Under the pieces are notes generated by a model that had not been told where the DNA came from, did no database searches, and saw only the letters and a program-made list of their open reading frames with translations. A DNA stretch of 64,000 nt from an uncultured Candidatus Saccharibacteria bacterium (lineage in GTDB: Bacteria; Patescibacteriota; Saccharimonadia; Saccharimonadales; Saccharimonadaceae): assembly GCA_963531145.1 (NCBI GenBank), contig CAUSEX010000001.1, positions 7,017-71,016 on the forward strand, read 5' to 3'. Position numbers and translations under genes: made by a program. This document shows positions 19,094 through 29,712 of this stretch, in pieces; within the stretch, counting starts at the first letter, position 1; every line of letters starts with the position of its first letter.

Positions 19094-20593
19094 ATGGGAA
19101 AGAATCTTTATATCACAACGGCGATTCCATATGTCAATGGCAAGCCGCATATCGGTAATGCGTTAGACTATTTGTTAGCAGATATCTGGTCGCGCTACCA
19201 GCAGCAGAAAGGCAAAAAAGTGCGCTTTCAGGTTGGCACTGATGAGCATGGTAATAAAATCGCCGCCAAGGCTGCCGAACAAAATCTGACGCCTCAAGCA
19301 TATGTCGATCAAACTCATCAAAATTTCAAGATACTGATGGATGCTGAACACGCCGAATATACTGATTTTGTCCGTACGTCTGATTCACATCATATGGGGG
19401 CGGTGCGCTATATTTGGAAACAGTTGGACCAAGCGGGGCTGATTTATAAAAGTACTTACAACGGCTGGTACTGTATGGGTCATGAAGCTTTCTTTACTGA
19501 TAAAGAAGTTCAAGAAACTGGCGGGGTTTGCCCTGACCACCAAACGCCTTATCAACAAGTTAGCGAAGAGAATTATTATTTGAAAGCGAGCGCTTATACT
19601 GATAAAGTCCGCCAAGCAATCGAGTCGGGCCGAATGAAAATTGTACCAGAGTTTCGTAAGAAAGAATTTCTGGAATTAATGAAAGACGGCTTGCACGATG
19701 TATCAATTAGCCGGCCGCGCAAGAGCCTGACCTGGGGAGTGCCGGTACCAGGAGACGACAGCCAGGTGATGTATGTCTGGTTGGACGCCTTAGCTAATTA
19801 CATCACGGTGCTAGGTTATCCGGATCAGCCGGAGTGGAAAGATTTTTGGCCAGCTGACGTGCAAGTGATTGGCAAGGATATTCTGCGTTTTCATGCCGGT
19901 ATTTGGCCAGTGATGCTATTAGGGGTTGGTCTATCTCTACCAAAGACGCTGTTAGTGCACGGTTTCGTTAATGTGGGCGGTGCTAAGATGAGCAAAACTG
20001 TTGGTAATGTCGTCGATCCGATGGAGATTATTAAGGATTACGGCGTTGACGCTTTTCGCTATTACTTTTCGCGGCATATTCCAACCAAGGATGACGGCGA
20101 CTTCACCTGGGAGAAGTTTGAGAAGGCTTATAATGGAGAGCTGGGTAATGATCTCGGTAATTTAGTGCAGCGGGTTATTGCTATGATTCAGCGTTATCAG
20201 TCGGGTGTAATTGGCGAGATTCCTCGCCCGGGACACGATATGGGGCCATACCGCCAGGCGATGGAAGCGCTTGATTTTGATCGAGCAATAGATGAAGCAT
20301 GGCAACAGGTGCGAGCACTTAATCAATATATTGATGACGTTAAACCGTGGGAAGTTGCCAAGAAGCGCCAAAAAGACACTGATGCCTCCGAGCATTTATC
20401 GGAAATTTTATCTTATGCTGTTGGTGCGCTTGAGGAAATTGCTGATTTGCTAACTCCGTTTATGCCAGTGACCGCTAGTACTATTCACAAGATGTTCTCG
20501 GCAGGAGTTGTGCCCGAGAAAGCAGCACCACTTTTCCCAAAAATCTATATTCATACGCCCGATCCGCAAACGGCATCTAGTAAAAAGAAATAA
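19094..20593 (+). CDS. metG: Methionine--tRNA ligase
   Basis: YITTAIPYVNG.PHIG, GTDEHG.K, YVWLDAL.NY, IGKDILRFH, KMSKT. Confidence 0.97.
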   Translation: MGKNLYITTAIPYVNGKPHIGNALDYLLADIWSRYQQQKGKKVRFQVGTDEHGNKIAAKAAEQNLTPQAYVDQTHQNFKILMDAEHAEYTDFVRTSDSHHMGAVRYIWKQLDQAGLIYKSTYNGWYCMGHEAFFTDKEVQETGGVCPDHQTPYQQVSEENYYLKASAYTDKVRQAIESGRMKIVPEFRKKEFLELMKDGLHDVSISRPRKSLTWGVPVPGDDSQVMYVWLDALANYITVLGYPDQPEWKDFWPADVQVIGKDILRFHAGIWPVMLLGVGLSLPKTLLVHGFVNVGGAKMSKTVGNVVDPMEIIKDYGVDAFRYYFSRHIPTKDDGDFTWEKFEKAYNGELGNDLGNLVQRVIAMIQRYQSGVIGEIPRPGHDMGPYRQAMEALDFDRAIDEAWQQVRALNQYIDDVKPWEVAKKRQKDTDASEHLSEILSYAVGALEEIADLLTPFMPVTASTIHKMFSAGVVPEKAAPLFPKIYIHTPDPQTASSKKK

Positions 20594-20598
20594 GCCAA

Positions 20599-21399
20599 AT
20601 GAATTCGTTGCTTCGCTTAGTTGATACGCATTGTCATATTCATGATAGCGAGTTCTATGACGCTTCGGCGCGCGAGAAGGCTTACCAGGAATCGGTGAAG
20701 AATGGCGTAGCGATGATTTGTGTCGGTACAGATTTGCGCAGCTCGCGTCAGGCTCTAGAGTTTGCTAGGATGCATGATTTTGCTTGGCCGGTTGTCGGCA
20801 TTCACCCGCACGACGCAGCGACAAATAACGTCGAGGAATTGCGCCAATTGGTAGCAGGCAATCGCGATGAAATCGTCGGCATTGGTGAAATTGGTTTGGA
20901 TTATTTTTATGATAATAGTCCGCGTGACATACAACAGAGCGTTTTGCGGCGGCAGCTTGAGGTAGTGCGAGATTTTAACCTGCCGATTAGTTTTCATGTA
21001 CGCGACGAAAAAGCCGCTGTTGGCGCAGTCTGGGCGGATTTTTGGCCGATTTTCGATGAATTCAAAGGTTTGCGCGGCATTTTGCATAGCTTTACCGATT
21101 CTGAGGAAAATTTGCAGCATGGGCTGGATCGTGGTTTATACGTTGGTGTTAACGGTATAAGCACTTTTACTAAAAATAAAAATCAACAGAAAATGTTTAA
21201 CCAAATTCCGCTTGAACGCTTAGTTTTTGAAACTGACGCACCTTTCTTGACGCCAGCGCCATTTCGTGGTAAAGTGAATATACCAGCGTATGTGAGACAG
21301 GTAGCAGAATATCATGCGCGCGCTCGTGACCTTGCTATAGAAGAGGTCGCTAGCGTAACTACTCGCAACGCGCGGCAAGTTTTTGGGGTAAGCCTATGA
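20599..21399 (+). CDS. tatD: TatD family hydrolase
   Basis: DTHCH, GIHPH, IGEIGLDY, H.R, HSFT, ETDAPFL. Confidence 0.95.
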   Translation: MNSLLRLVDTHCHIHDSEFYDASAREKAYQESVKNGVAMICVGTDLRSSRQALEFARMHDFAWPVVGIHPHDAATNNVEELRQLVAGNRDEIVGIGEIGLDYFYDNSPRDIQQSVLRRQLEVVRDFNLPISFHVRDEKAAVGAVWADFWPIFDEFKGLRGILHSFTDSEENLQHGLDRGLYVGVNGISTFTKNKNQQKMFNQIPLERLVFETDAPFLTPAPFRGKVNIPAYVRQVAEYHARARDLAIEEVASVTTRNARQVFGVSL

Positions 21400-21734
21400 A
21401 TGAAGATTTGAAGTACAGGAGTAAGTTTAATAAAATACCGGCAGAAAATGTCGGTAGTTTTAGTTATGAGAATAATACTTATGCTAGTAACCCTGAATTG
21501 CAACGATTAGGCGAACTGGCTCGCCGACAGGCCGAACCAGCAAAGCCCGATCAGGCTATCGATTCATCGGCAATTGATTATATTAAATCGCTAGACGAAC
21601 AGCTAGAGAACGAGCATCTTACTCCCGAGGAGATTATTGCTCGGGCGAGTCAAGGGGTGGTAAACCTTCGCTCGGGTTATGAAGCGGGTTATGCGAAGTA
21701 TCTTGAGGAATTTAAACGTAAAAGCGCAACTTGA
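21396..21734 (+). CDS. Hypothetical protein
   Basis: 112 aa ORF with ATGA overlap on tatD. Confidence 0.65.
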   Translation: MNEDLKYRSKFNKIPAENVGSFSYENNTYASNPELQRLGELARRQAEPAKPDQAIDSSAIDYIKSLDEQLENEHLTPEEIIARASQGVVNLRSGYEAGYAKYLEEFKRKSAT

Positions 21735-21737
21735 ATT

Positions 21738-22172
21738 ATGGTAAAAAGCGTACTCAAAAAAACTATCACAATGCTTGTCGGCGATGATTTATCGCTTGGT
21801 TTGCCAAAACTCCGCAAAAAACGTCCGCTTAAAAAACTGAGCGAGCGCGAACTACTGGCACTAGAAAGTGAAATTGGCTCGGAGCTTTTTGGAGAGATCC
21901 CGAAGGGCCATCGCCGCGAATTCTTTTGCCTGGACGAAAAAACATGGATGTGGCATGAGGAATGGATTGATGCCAAGCACAAACTTAAAACCCACACGAT
22001 CAAATATGAAGTAACCGATCGAGGTATCTTAAAAACTCAACCTGGTCCGCGTTATTCATACCTCGAGGGTGATGAATTGCGTAATTTTAGTATCGCTACG
22101 CAAATGTATTATGAGCAAGTTGCCCGCCAAGTTTACAAGCGAGATCCTGAGACCGGCAAAAAATTGGTATAA
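21738..22172 (+). CDS. Hypothetical protein
   Basis: 144 aa ORF tightly packed in the operon, globular-looking (REFFCLD..TW.WHEEW). Confidence 0.75.
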   Translation: MVKSVLKKTITMLVGDDLSLGLPKLRKKRPLKKLSERELLALESEIGSELFGEIPKGHRREFFCLDEKTWMWHEEWIDAKHKLKTHTIKYEVTDRGILKTQPGPRYSYLEGDELRNFSIATQMYYEQVARQVYKRDPETGKKLV

Positions 22173-22180
22173 TAGAAAGC

Positions 22181-23329
22181 GTGAAATCATCGATAATCTA
22201 TCTCGACCATGCTGCTGCCACGCCTCTAGACGAGCGCGTTTTGACGGCGATGCAGCCGTATTTCTCTGAGATGTTTTATAATCCTTCGGCGCCGTATGCT
22301 CCAGCGGTGGAAGTCAAGCGCGCTTATAGCGAAGCTAAGCATCGTTTGGCGGTTTGTCTTGGCGGACAGGCTAGCGAGCTGGTTGTGACGGCTGGCGCTA
22401 CCGAGTCTATTAATTTGATGATAAATAGCATTGACGGGCATATCGTATCAAGTGCCATTGAGCATGATGCAGTACTGAAAGCGCTTGATGATAATGTAAC
22501 GCTGGTGGCTCCGTCTAAAAAAGGCAATATTACGCCGCGCGATATTCAAGCAGCTATTAGGCCAGATACGCAGCTAATAACTATCGCTATCGCTAATCAT
22601 GAACTTGGTACCATTCAACCGCTACGCGACATTGCTGAAGTTGTCCGTACTGAGCGTCGCCGCCGGTTTGAAGCGGGTGAGCTGACGCCAATTTATCTGC
22701 ACACTGATGCTTCGCAAGGGGCTGGGCAGATTGACATCAATGTAGCGCGGCTAGGGGTTGATGCGCTGACGCTAAATGCTGGTAAGATCTATGGCCCGAA
22801 ACAAGTTGGTTTGCTTTGGTGTAATCGGATGATACGCTTGCAGCCGCTAGTTCGCGGCGGCGGGCAAGAGCGGGGCTTGCGCAGCGGGACCGAAAATGTT
22901 GCGGGCACTATTGGGTTTGCAGTAGCGCTAGAATTAGCGCAGCAACATCGTAATTCTGAGAATAAGCGCTTGCGCCAGTTGCGCGATCAACTGCAAAATC
23001 AGCTGACAGAAGCTTTTCCGTGGGCGATTGTCTCTGGCGATCAAAAACATCGCCTGGCAAGTCATTTGCATATATCATTCCCCGGAATTGATGCCGAACG
23101 GTTAGTTTTTATGCTAGAGCGAAAAGGGGTGCTGGTAGCGACTGGCAGTGCGTGTGCTGCGAATTCCGGGACGCGTTCGCATGTGTTAGAAGCGATTGGC
23201 TTAGCGCCAGAGGCGGCGGACGGCAGTTTGCGTCTGACACTGGGTCGCTTATCGGATTCTGAAACGTGTACGGCGGCTGCCCGAGAAATTATCGCTGCGA
23301 TTAATACAGAACAGGCCAGGTTAGCGTGA
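22181..23329 (+). CDS. iscS: Cysteine desulfurase (IscS/NifS family)
   Basis: YLDHAAATP, GATES.N, HTDASQ, GKIYGPK, RSGTEN, TGSAC; near mnmA. Confidence 0.92.
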   Translation: MKSSIIYLDHAAATPLDERVLTAMQPYFSEMFYNPSAPYAPAVEVKRAYSEAKHRLAVCLGGQASELVVTAGATESINLMINSIDGHIVSSAIEHDAVLKALDDNVTLVAPSKKGNITPRDIQAAIRPDTQLITIAIANHELGTIQPLRDIAEVVRTERRRRFEAGELTPIYLHTDASQGAGQIDINVARLGVDALTLNAGKIYGPKQVGLLWCNRMIRLQPLVRGGGQERGLRSGTENVAGTIGFAVALELAQQHRNSENKRLRQLRDQLQNQLTEAFPWAIVSGDQKHRLASHLHISFPGIDAERLVFMLERKGVLVATGSACAANSGTRSHVLEAIGLAPEAADGSLRLTLGRLSDSETCTAAAREIIAAINTEQARLA

Positions 23330-23931
23330 AAAGATTTTTAATAGCTATCGCTACGCTGGCTATTGTTTCGGCTGCAATAATCATCGGTATTACTTTGTTT
23401 TTATCAAAGAATGATTTGCAAGGTTGCGGTGATATTCCAGATGCGGCACGTCAGCAATGCGTAGCAGCTGACGCTATCGTAGCGGTGAGCGGCGGCGATA
23501 CCAGCGCTCGTACTGCTGAAGCAGTGCGATTGTACAAGAACAACTGGGCGCACAAATTAGTTTTCTCTGGTGCGGCAGCTGATAAAACTGGCCCGAGTAA
23601 TGCTCGAGCAATGAAGAGGCAGGCTATCGTTGCAGGCGTACCGGCTAGTGATATTCTGATAGAGGAAACCAGCGAAACGACTGCCGAGAATGCCTCGCAA
23701 ACCGTCAGCCTGCTCAAACAAAAGCAGATATCATCGTTAATTTTGGTGACAAGCGCTTACCACTCGAGGCGAGTTTCAATTGAATTTACTAAAGCGGCGC
23801 CAAATATACTAACGCGTAGCCATCCAGTAGCTACAGATAATCAATGGTCGAATATGTGGTGGACAACTGTTATAGGCTGGCAGCTGGCGTTGCAAGAGCT
23901 GGTAAAGATTATGGGAGTTGCAGCGGAATGA
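23326..23931 (+). CDS. YdcF/DUF218 family membrane-anchored protein
   Basis: DAIVAVSGG, LVFSG, EETSETTAENA, LVTSAYH.RR. Confidence 0.88.
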   Translation: MKRFLIAIATLAIVSAAIIIGITLFLSKNDLQGCGDIPDAARQQCVAADAIVAVSGGDTSARTAEAVRLYKNNWAHKLVFSGAAADKTGPSNARAMKRQAIVAGVPASDILIEETSETTAENASQTVSLLKQKQISSLILVTSAYHSRRVSIEFTKAAPNILTRSHPVATDNQWSNMWWTTVIGWQLALQELVKIMGVAAE

Positions 23932-24980
23932 CCAGGCCGCGTGTTTATGTTGGTATGAGTGGCGGCGTCGATAGCAGCGTCGCGGCAGCATTATTGCTTG
24001 ACCAAGATTATGATGTTACTGGCGTCTATATGAAAAACTGGAGTCAAGATCTACCCGGCATGCAGTGTCCATGGGCTGAGGATTTAGCTGATGCTAAACG
24101 GGTAGCGGTGCAATTAGGAATTGATTTCAAAGTATTTGATTTCGAAACACAGTATCGCCAAAAAGTTGTTGATTACATGCTTGATGAGTATCGTGCCGGC
24201 AGGACGCCGAATCCAGATATCATGTGCAATCAAGAAGTTAAGTTTAAACTATTTTTAGAAACTTCGCTGGCGGCGGGAGCGGATTACATCGCAACTGGTC
24301 ATTATGCGCGGGTTGAACGTTTAGCAGATACTGCACGCTTGCTTCGTGCTCGCGACGACAACAAAGATCAAACTTATTTTTTATATCGCGTGACGTCTGA
24401 AGCATTAGCGAAAACCATGTTCCCATTAGGAAATCTGACCAAACCTGAAGTGCGTCAAATTGCTAAAGATCGCGGCCTATGGACAGCTCGCAAAAAAGAA
24501 TCTATGGGTGTGTGCTTCGTTGGCAATGTCGGTATGCGCGAATTTCTTAGCCAGTATATTACGACGCGTCCGGGCGATATTATTGACAAAGAATCGGGCC
24601 GGGTGCTTGGCCGGCATGACGGCGCAATTTTTTATACGCTTGGTCAAAGACATGGTCTGGATGTTGGCGGCGGGTTGCCGTATTATGTGGTTGGCAAAAA
24701 TATGGATAAGAATGAAGTTTACGTTAGCCGTAATATCAACGACGAACACATGTGGCGAACTGAGATTAAGCTGACAGATATTCACTGGATCAATCAACCT
24801 TTGACTGAAGGTGTGCGAATACAGGTCCGAGTACGCCGCCGCGGGGCAGTTATTAACGCTATATATAGTGCCGACACGCTACATCTAGAGTCTGCCGAAC
24901 GAGCCGTGGCGCCTGGACAGTCGGCAGTGATCTATCGCGGTGAAGAGTGCTTGGGTGGCGGAGTAATGTCGGATATATAA
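23928..24980 (+). CDS. mnmA: tRNA 2-thiouridine synthase
   Basis: GMSGGVDSS, TPNPDIMCN, ATGHYA, KDQTYFL, YTLGQR.G, PGQSAV.Y; start set at ATG 23928 (ATGA overlap). Confidence 0.97.
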   Translation: MTRPRVYVGMSGGVDSSVAAALLLDQDYDVTGVYMKNWSQDLPGMQCPWAEDLADAKRVAVQLGIDFKVFDFETQYRQKVVDYMLDEYRAGRTPNPDIMCNQEVKFKLFLETSLAAGADYIATGHYARVERLADTARLLRARDDNKDQTYFLYRVTSEALAKTMFPLGNLTKPEVRQIAKDRGLWTARKKESMGVCFVGNVGMREFLSQYITTRPGDIIDKESGRVLGRHDGAIFYTLGQRHGLDVGGGLPYYVVGKNMDKNEVYVSRNINDEHMWRTEIKLTDIHWINQPLTEGVRIQVRVRRRGAVINAIYSADTLHLESAERAVAPGQSAVIYRGEECLGGGVMSDI

Positions 24981-25026
24981 GGAATGCCAAATGTTCTGAT
25001 AAAATATGCGAAGGTATTTATATTAA

Positions 25027-25527
25027 ATGAAAATTGATAATAGCTTTCCAGTTGTTTTTTGGGATAAAGACAGATCAACAAAGTCTCAATTTTATCCGTG
25101 TGAAACTATTCCTGACTTTTCGCTTGTGACATCGTGTATGGTTTGTGCAGTTCATGAAAATAAAATACTTCTGGCCAAGCCACTGCGTGGCTGGGGTTTG
25201 CCAGGTGGTCGTATGGAATTAGGAGAAACGCCAGAAGATTGTGCGCGGCACGAGGTGTATGAGGAAACATCCGTTGAACTAAATTCTCTAAAATTGATTG
25301 GTGCTTGGCATATTGAAAAGCTATTTCATTCTAAATATAACTATAGATGCCCTGATAGGGCATATCAGCTGCTTTTTCTGGCTGATGTAAAACGAATAGA
25401 TGATTTTGTAGCTTCGCACGAATCGTCGGCCAGGGAGTTTGTAGAATTTGATAAAGTACAAGACTATCATCATGATTTTGCTAATTTTGCTGAGATTATG
25501 ACATATATTAAGAGCTGTGTCCTTTAG
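25027..25527 (+). CDS. NUDIX hydrolase
   Basis: Nudix box W.LPGGRMELGETPEDCARHEVYEET. Confidence 0.9.
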   Translation: MKIDNSFPVVFWDKDRSTKSQFYPCETIPDFSLVTSCMVCAVHENKILLAKPLRGWGLPGGRMELGETPEDCARHEVYEETSVELNSLKLIGAWHIEKLFHSKYNYRCPDRAYQLLFLADVKRIDDFVASHESSAREFVEFDKVQDYHHDFANFAEIMTYIKSCVL

Positions 25528-25599
25528 GCCTTTAGTTTGTCGTAGAGATGGCGGGCTGTTGGTCGCTAATCAGGTGGTTTTCGTGCTATAATTACCTCT

Positions 25600-27477
25600 A
25601 TGAACACACAAGAAATCCGCCAGAAATATCTCGAATTTTGCCAAAGGAACGGCCACGCTATTATTGAGCGGGCGCCGCTTATATTACACAATGACCCGAC
25701 GACGTTATTTACCGGCTCGGGCATGCAGCCGCTACTGCCGTATTTGCTGGGCCAGGATCATCCGCAGGGTACGAGATTAGCTGATAGCCAGACGTGTTTG
25801 CGGGCGCAGGATATCGAGGATGTTGGCGATAATCGCCATACGACGTTCTTTGAGATGCTGGGCAATTGGAGTATGGGCGAATATTTCAAACGCCAGCAGA
25901 TTGAGTGGTTTTTCGATTTTTTGACAGAAATAGTTGGGCTAGATCCGCACAAAATCTACGTTAGCTGTTTTATCGGCGATGATAAAAATAACATTCCGCG
26001 CGACGATGAAGCAGCGCAAATTTGGCAAGAAGTTTTTGCTAAAAAAGGCATTGAAGCTAAAATTGTCGAGCTGGATAGCGCTGAAAATGGCGATAAGCTG
26101 GGTATGCAGGGCGGCCGGATTTTCTTCTACAACGATAAAGAGAACTGGTGGAGCCGCGGCGGCGGTATTGACAGTACGCCGATCGGCGATCCGTGCGGGC
26201 CAGATAGCGAGGTGTTTTATGATTTTGGCGAGCAGCATCATGATGCCAGCTTTGGGCAAGCGCATCCAGCTAGCGATAGCGGCCGGTTTATGGAGATTGG
26301 CAATCAAGTGTTCATGCAATATCGCCGGCTGGACGATGGTAGCTTTGAACCGCTGAAACGCAAGAATGTTGATTTCGGCGGCGGCTTGGAGCGGATTGCC
26401 GCGGCAGCAATTGACAGTCCTGACGTTTTTAAGATCAGCCTACTACAGCCAATTATTAGAAAGTTGGAAAGTTTAAGCGGCAAGGAATACGCTACGCACA
26501 CCGCATCGATGCGAGTGATCGCTGATCACCTTCGGGCAGCGGTATTTTTGGCGGTTGACGGATGTGTGCCGAGCAATAAGGAGCAGGGCTACGTGATGCG
26601 CCGCTTATTACGCCGGGCGATTCGCTATAGTTTTGACCTGGGTATTGAGCAGAATTTCCTCGAGGAGGTCGTACCGGTAATTGCTGACTTATATGAAGCG
26701 GATTTCCCAGAAGTTAAGGAAAACCGCGAGAATATCATCGCTGTGCTGGTCAAGGAAGAAAAAGCCTTCCGCCAGACGCTGCGTAAAGGCTTAAAGCAGA
26801 TGCGACATTATATCGACGACGGCTTGACTGGCGAAGAGTTGTTTATGCTGTATGATACGTTTGGTTTTCCGGTAGAGCTGAGTACCGAGGAAGCCTATAA
26901 ACAAGGCATCAAACTTTCTGATAATTGGCGCACCGAATTTGATGCGCGAATGGCAGAGCAGCGCCAACGCTCCAAGACGGCGCGCAAAGGGCAATTTAGC
27001 GGCGGTTTGGAAGGTCACGATCCGATTCATTTGAAATATCATACGGCGACGCACTTGCTGGGGGCGGCACTGCGCAAAGTTCTGAAGGCGCCGGATTTGC
27101 AGCAGCATGGCAGCAATATCACGTCTGAGCGCCTGCGTTTTGATTTCAACCACGATAAATTGACACTAGAGGAAAAACAGGCGGTGGAGGATCAAGTTAA
27201 TGCCTGGATTGACGCTGATTTGCCAGTCAGCTTTGCCGTTTATCCGACTGACGAGGCGCTAAAAATGGGTGCAATCGGCGCTTTTGGCGAACGCTACGGT
27301 GATAAAGTAAAAGTCTATTCCATCGGCGAAGGCGACAATATCGTTAGTTTTGAAGTTTGCGGCGGCCCGCACGTTGAACACACGGGTATCCTGGCTGAAG
27401 GCGGTAAGCGCTTCAAAATCACCAAGGAGGAATCTAGCTCGGCGGGAATTCGCCGGATTAAAGCTATCCTTGTGTAG
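25600..27477 (+). CDS. alaS: Alanine--tRNA ligase (short form)
   Basis: DPTTLFT.SGMQ, RHTTFFEMLGNWS, D.GGGLERI, IADH.R, editing motifs HTATH and EVCGGPH, GIRRI. Confidence 0.96.
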   Translation: MNTQEIRQKYLEFCQRNGHAIIERAPLILHNDPTTLFTGSGMQPLLPYLLGQDHPQGTRLADSQTCLRAQDIEDVGDNRHTTFFEMLGNWSMGEYFKRQQIEWFFDFLTEIVGLDPHKIYVSCFIGDDKNNIPRDDEAAQIWQEVFAKKGIEAKIVELDSAENGDKLGMQGGRIFFYNDKENWWSRGGGIDSTPIGDPCGPDSEVFYDFGEQHHDASFGQAHPASDSGRFMEIGNQVFMQYRRLDDGSFEPLKRKNVDFGGGLERIAAAAIDSPDVFKISLLQPIIRKLESLSGKEYATHTASMRVIADHLRAAVFLAVDGCVPSNKEQGYVMRRLLRRAIRYSFDLGIEQNFLEEVVPVIADLYEADFPEVKENRENIIAVLVKEEKAFRQTLRKGLKQMRHYIDDGLTGEELFMLYDTFGFPVELSTEEAYKQGIKLSDNWRTEFDARMAEQRQRSKTARKGQFSGGLEGHDPIHLKYHTATHLLGAALRKVLKAPDLQQHGSNITSERLRFDFNHDKLTLEEKQAVEDQVNAWIDADLPVSFAVYPTDEALKMGAIGAFGERYGDKVKVYSIGEGDNIVSFEVCGGPHVEHTGILAEGGKRFKITKEESSSAGIRRIKAILV

Positions 27478-28330
27478 CAAGACTCTCATTAACTATTGAT
27501 TCTAGTGTGGACTCCACTTCGTCACTTAACAGACCTAGGTTTTTAGGTTGCAAAGTTTTTCTTTTTCCTGTATACGGATCAAAGAAGTAGCATAAAAAAT
27601 CTGTATCGCCTGTGCTGTTAACAAGTATTTTGTAATGAATTTTTGTGTCAATACCATCGTATTCATAAGGAATCTGTAATTCAAGTTTGCCTCTTGCTAG
27701 TACGCTCGATAAAGCTTCCTCTGCATTGCTATTTAGATAAGTTCCTACCAAATCTGCCTCAACGCCGCTGATGTTGGTAGAGCCAGCGCGTATTAATGCT
27801 TCTTCTGGTACTGAAGAATCTTCGATATCACGGACTAAGGGTTCAATATACGAAAATGTCTTGTCTGTGCGATATTGATTGCTATTTATAGCTACACGGG
27901 ATAGAGCGTTTACTATGTCGCTTGGCGTAGTTTCTGCGGAATCTGACAATTCACGTATATAGGAATTATCGGCTGATATAGGCCAAATCATGTCTAATCT
28001 TGTCGCTACTAGATGGCTAGGTACTTTTATGTTTCTACCGGGTGTTACCCATTCTCCACGAGAAGACAGTCTGAGCCTGAGAGAATCTTTTTCTGAACTA
28101 TCAGCACCAGCCACAAAAGACAATCTGGTACCGGTAGCAGCCACATCGCCCATTTGAACAAGGCGCATTGTTAGGGCTCCATCTTCGTAGGTACCAAACG
28201 GCTGGCTGATGACTTCTGTACTCTGTATTGTTGGCTCTGTAGCGTCTAACGAATATAGCGCATCTAATATACGGTCTCCGGTATTTTGTGGTTGAGGCTC
28301 TGATGCTGATACTCTTGGTGATCGGTCCAT
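27464..28330 (-). CDS. Hypothetical protein
   Basis: Long ORF convergent with alaS; ATG 28330 lies 7 nt after a TTGACA-17-TACAAT promoter. Confidence 0.75.
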   Translation of the reverse strand: MDRSPRVSASEPQPQNTGDRILDALYSLDATEPTIQSTEVISQPFGTYEDGALTMRLVQMGDVAATGTRLSFVAGADSSEKDSLRLRLSSRGEWVTPGRNIKVPSHLVATRLDMIWPISADNSYIRELSDSAETTPSDIVNALSRVAINSNQYRTDKTFSYIEPLVRDIEDSSVPEEALIRAGSTNISGVEADLVGTYLNSNAEEALSSVLARGKLELQIPYEYDGIDTKIHYKILVNSTGDTDFLCYFFDPYTGKRKTLQPKNLGLLSDEVESTLESIVNESLATQG

Positions 28331-28337
28331 ACTGTAT

Positions 28338-28366
28338 ATTGTAGCATAACTACTATAATATGTCAA
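28338..28366 (-). promoter_or_regulatory. sigma70 promoter (leaderless arrangement)
   Basis: TTGACA-17 nt-TACAAT with extended TG on the minus strand. Confidence 0.75.
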
Positions 28367-28410
28367 GACTGGTCGTCAATGAATGTGGTGTTGTATAATG
28401 AAATATACTT

Positions 28411-29700
28411 ATGCTAGATAAATTGCGTAGTAAGATTGCTGACAAAATAGGAGATCGGTCGAATGACTCTGCAGATAAAGATGATTATATCGTTGCGCTC
28501 GATATCGGTACCGAAAACGTTAAGGCGCTGTTAGCTCGCGTTAACGGCGACGATATTGAGATTCTTGGCGTTGGACGTGCTCATCAAGAATTTTCAGATA
28601 TGCATTCGGGCGCGATTGCTGATATTGCTGGTGTAGTGCAACACTGCGAGGACGCTCTGACTCAGGCTGAAGACGAAGCTGGCTTGCAGGCCAAGCATGC
28701 TGTTATCGGTATAGCTGGCGAATTGGTAAAGGGTACAACTAGCACGATTCGTTATCGTCGTCCGCAGCCTGACCGTCCGCTTGACGAGCAAGAAGTTGAA
28801 TTTATTATCGAGAAGGTCCAAGACCGCGCTGCTAAACGGGCGCAAAAACAGATCGCCTTAGAGACGGGCAATGACGAGGTTGAGGTCAAGCTGGTCAACT
28901 CAGCGCTGGTTAGTATTCATATTGACGGTTATAAAGTGTCGAATCCGATTGGTTTTCAGGGTAAGGATGTAGCAGTGCAAATTTATACAGCGTTTGCGCC
29001 GATGGTGCATATTGGCGCGTTAGAGAGAGTGGCGCAAGAGCTTGATTTGGAGTTGTTAGCGGTCGCTGCTGAGCCGTTTGCGGTTAGCCGTAGCGTACTT
29101 GGCGCTGATAGCAGTAGTGCTTTTACGGCAATTCTAGCGGATGTAGGTGGCGGCACGACTGATATCGCGGTGGTCAACGACGGCGGTGTTGAGGGCACCA
29201 AGATGTTTGGCATCGGTGGCCGCAGTTTTACTAAAACTATCGCTGATGAGTTGTCAATTCCGTACGATCAAGCAGAAAAACTCAAAGTAAATATCGAGGA
29301 CAGTAAAATTAAAGCTACCGTCAAAAAAGATGTGGCAGTTGCCGTTGATAAAACTCTCGAGGTTTGGTTGGCTGGCGTAGAGTTAGCATTGAGCGAGTTT
29401 GACGCAGTCGATCAGCTGCCGCCGCGTATTTTGTTGTGCGGTGGCGGTGCTAGCTTGTCTCAATTAGTTGCGGCTCTCGAAAAGCGTGATTGGTACAGCG
29501 AGTTGCCATTTACTAAGCGTCCGACAGTACAGCGCATTCGTCCCGATCAAGTTGTTGGTATTACGGATAAAACCGGTGAAGTCAATGATCACACTTTCAT
29601 TACGGCGATGGGTCTGCTGCGTGTTGGTTATGATACAATAATAGGAGCAGGCGACACTCAGTCGGTTCGCAGTAAAATTAATAGGATTTTGCGAATTTAA
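28411..29700 (+). CDS. ftsA: Cell division protein FtsA (actin-like ATPase)
   Basis: ALDIGT..VK, IDGY.V.NPIG..G, ADVGGGTTDI, GG..FT, LCGGGA.L. Confidence 0.85.
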   Translation: MLDKLRSKIADKIGDRSNDSADKDDYIVALDIGTENVKALLARVNGDDIEILGVGRAHQEFSDMHSGAIADIAGVVQHCEDALTQAEDEAGLQAKHAVIGIAGELVKGTTSTIRYRRPQPDRPLDEQEVEFIIEKVQDRAAKRAQKQIALETGNDEVEVKLVNSALVSIHIDGYKVSNPIGFQGKDVAVQIYTAFAPMVHIGALERVAQELDLELLAVAAEPFAVSRSVLGADSSSAFTAILADVGGGTTDIAVVNDGGVEGTKMFGIGGRSFTKTIADELSIPYDQAEKLKVNIEDSKIKATVKKDVAVAVDKTLEVWLAGVELALSEFDAVDQLPPRILLCGGGASLSQLVAALEKRDWYSELPFTKRPTVQRIRPDQVVGITDKTGEVNDHTFITAMGLLRVGYDTIIGAGDTQSVRSKINRILRI

Positions 29701-29712
29701 TAGAGAAATAAT

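Noticed and set aside
25533..25558. Hairpin TAGTTTGTCGT/ATGGCGGGCTG before alaS
   Set aside because: 6 of 11 pairs are G.U, with no U tract or T-box motif; explainable by G/T strand bias
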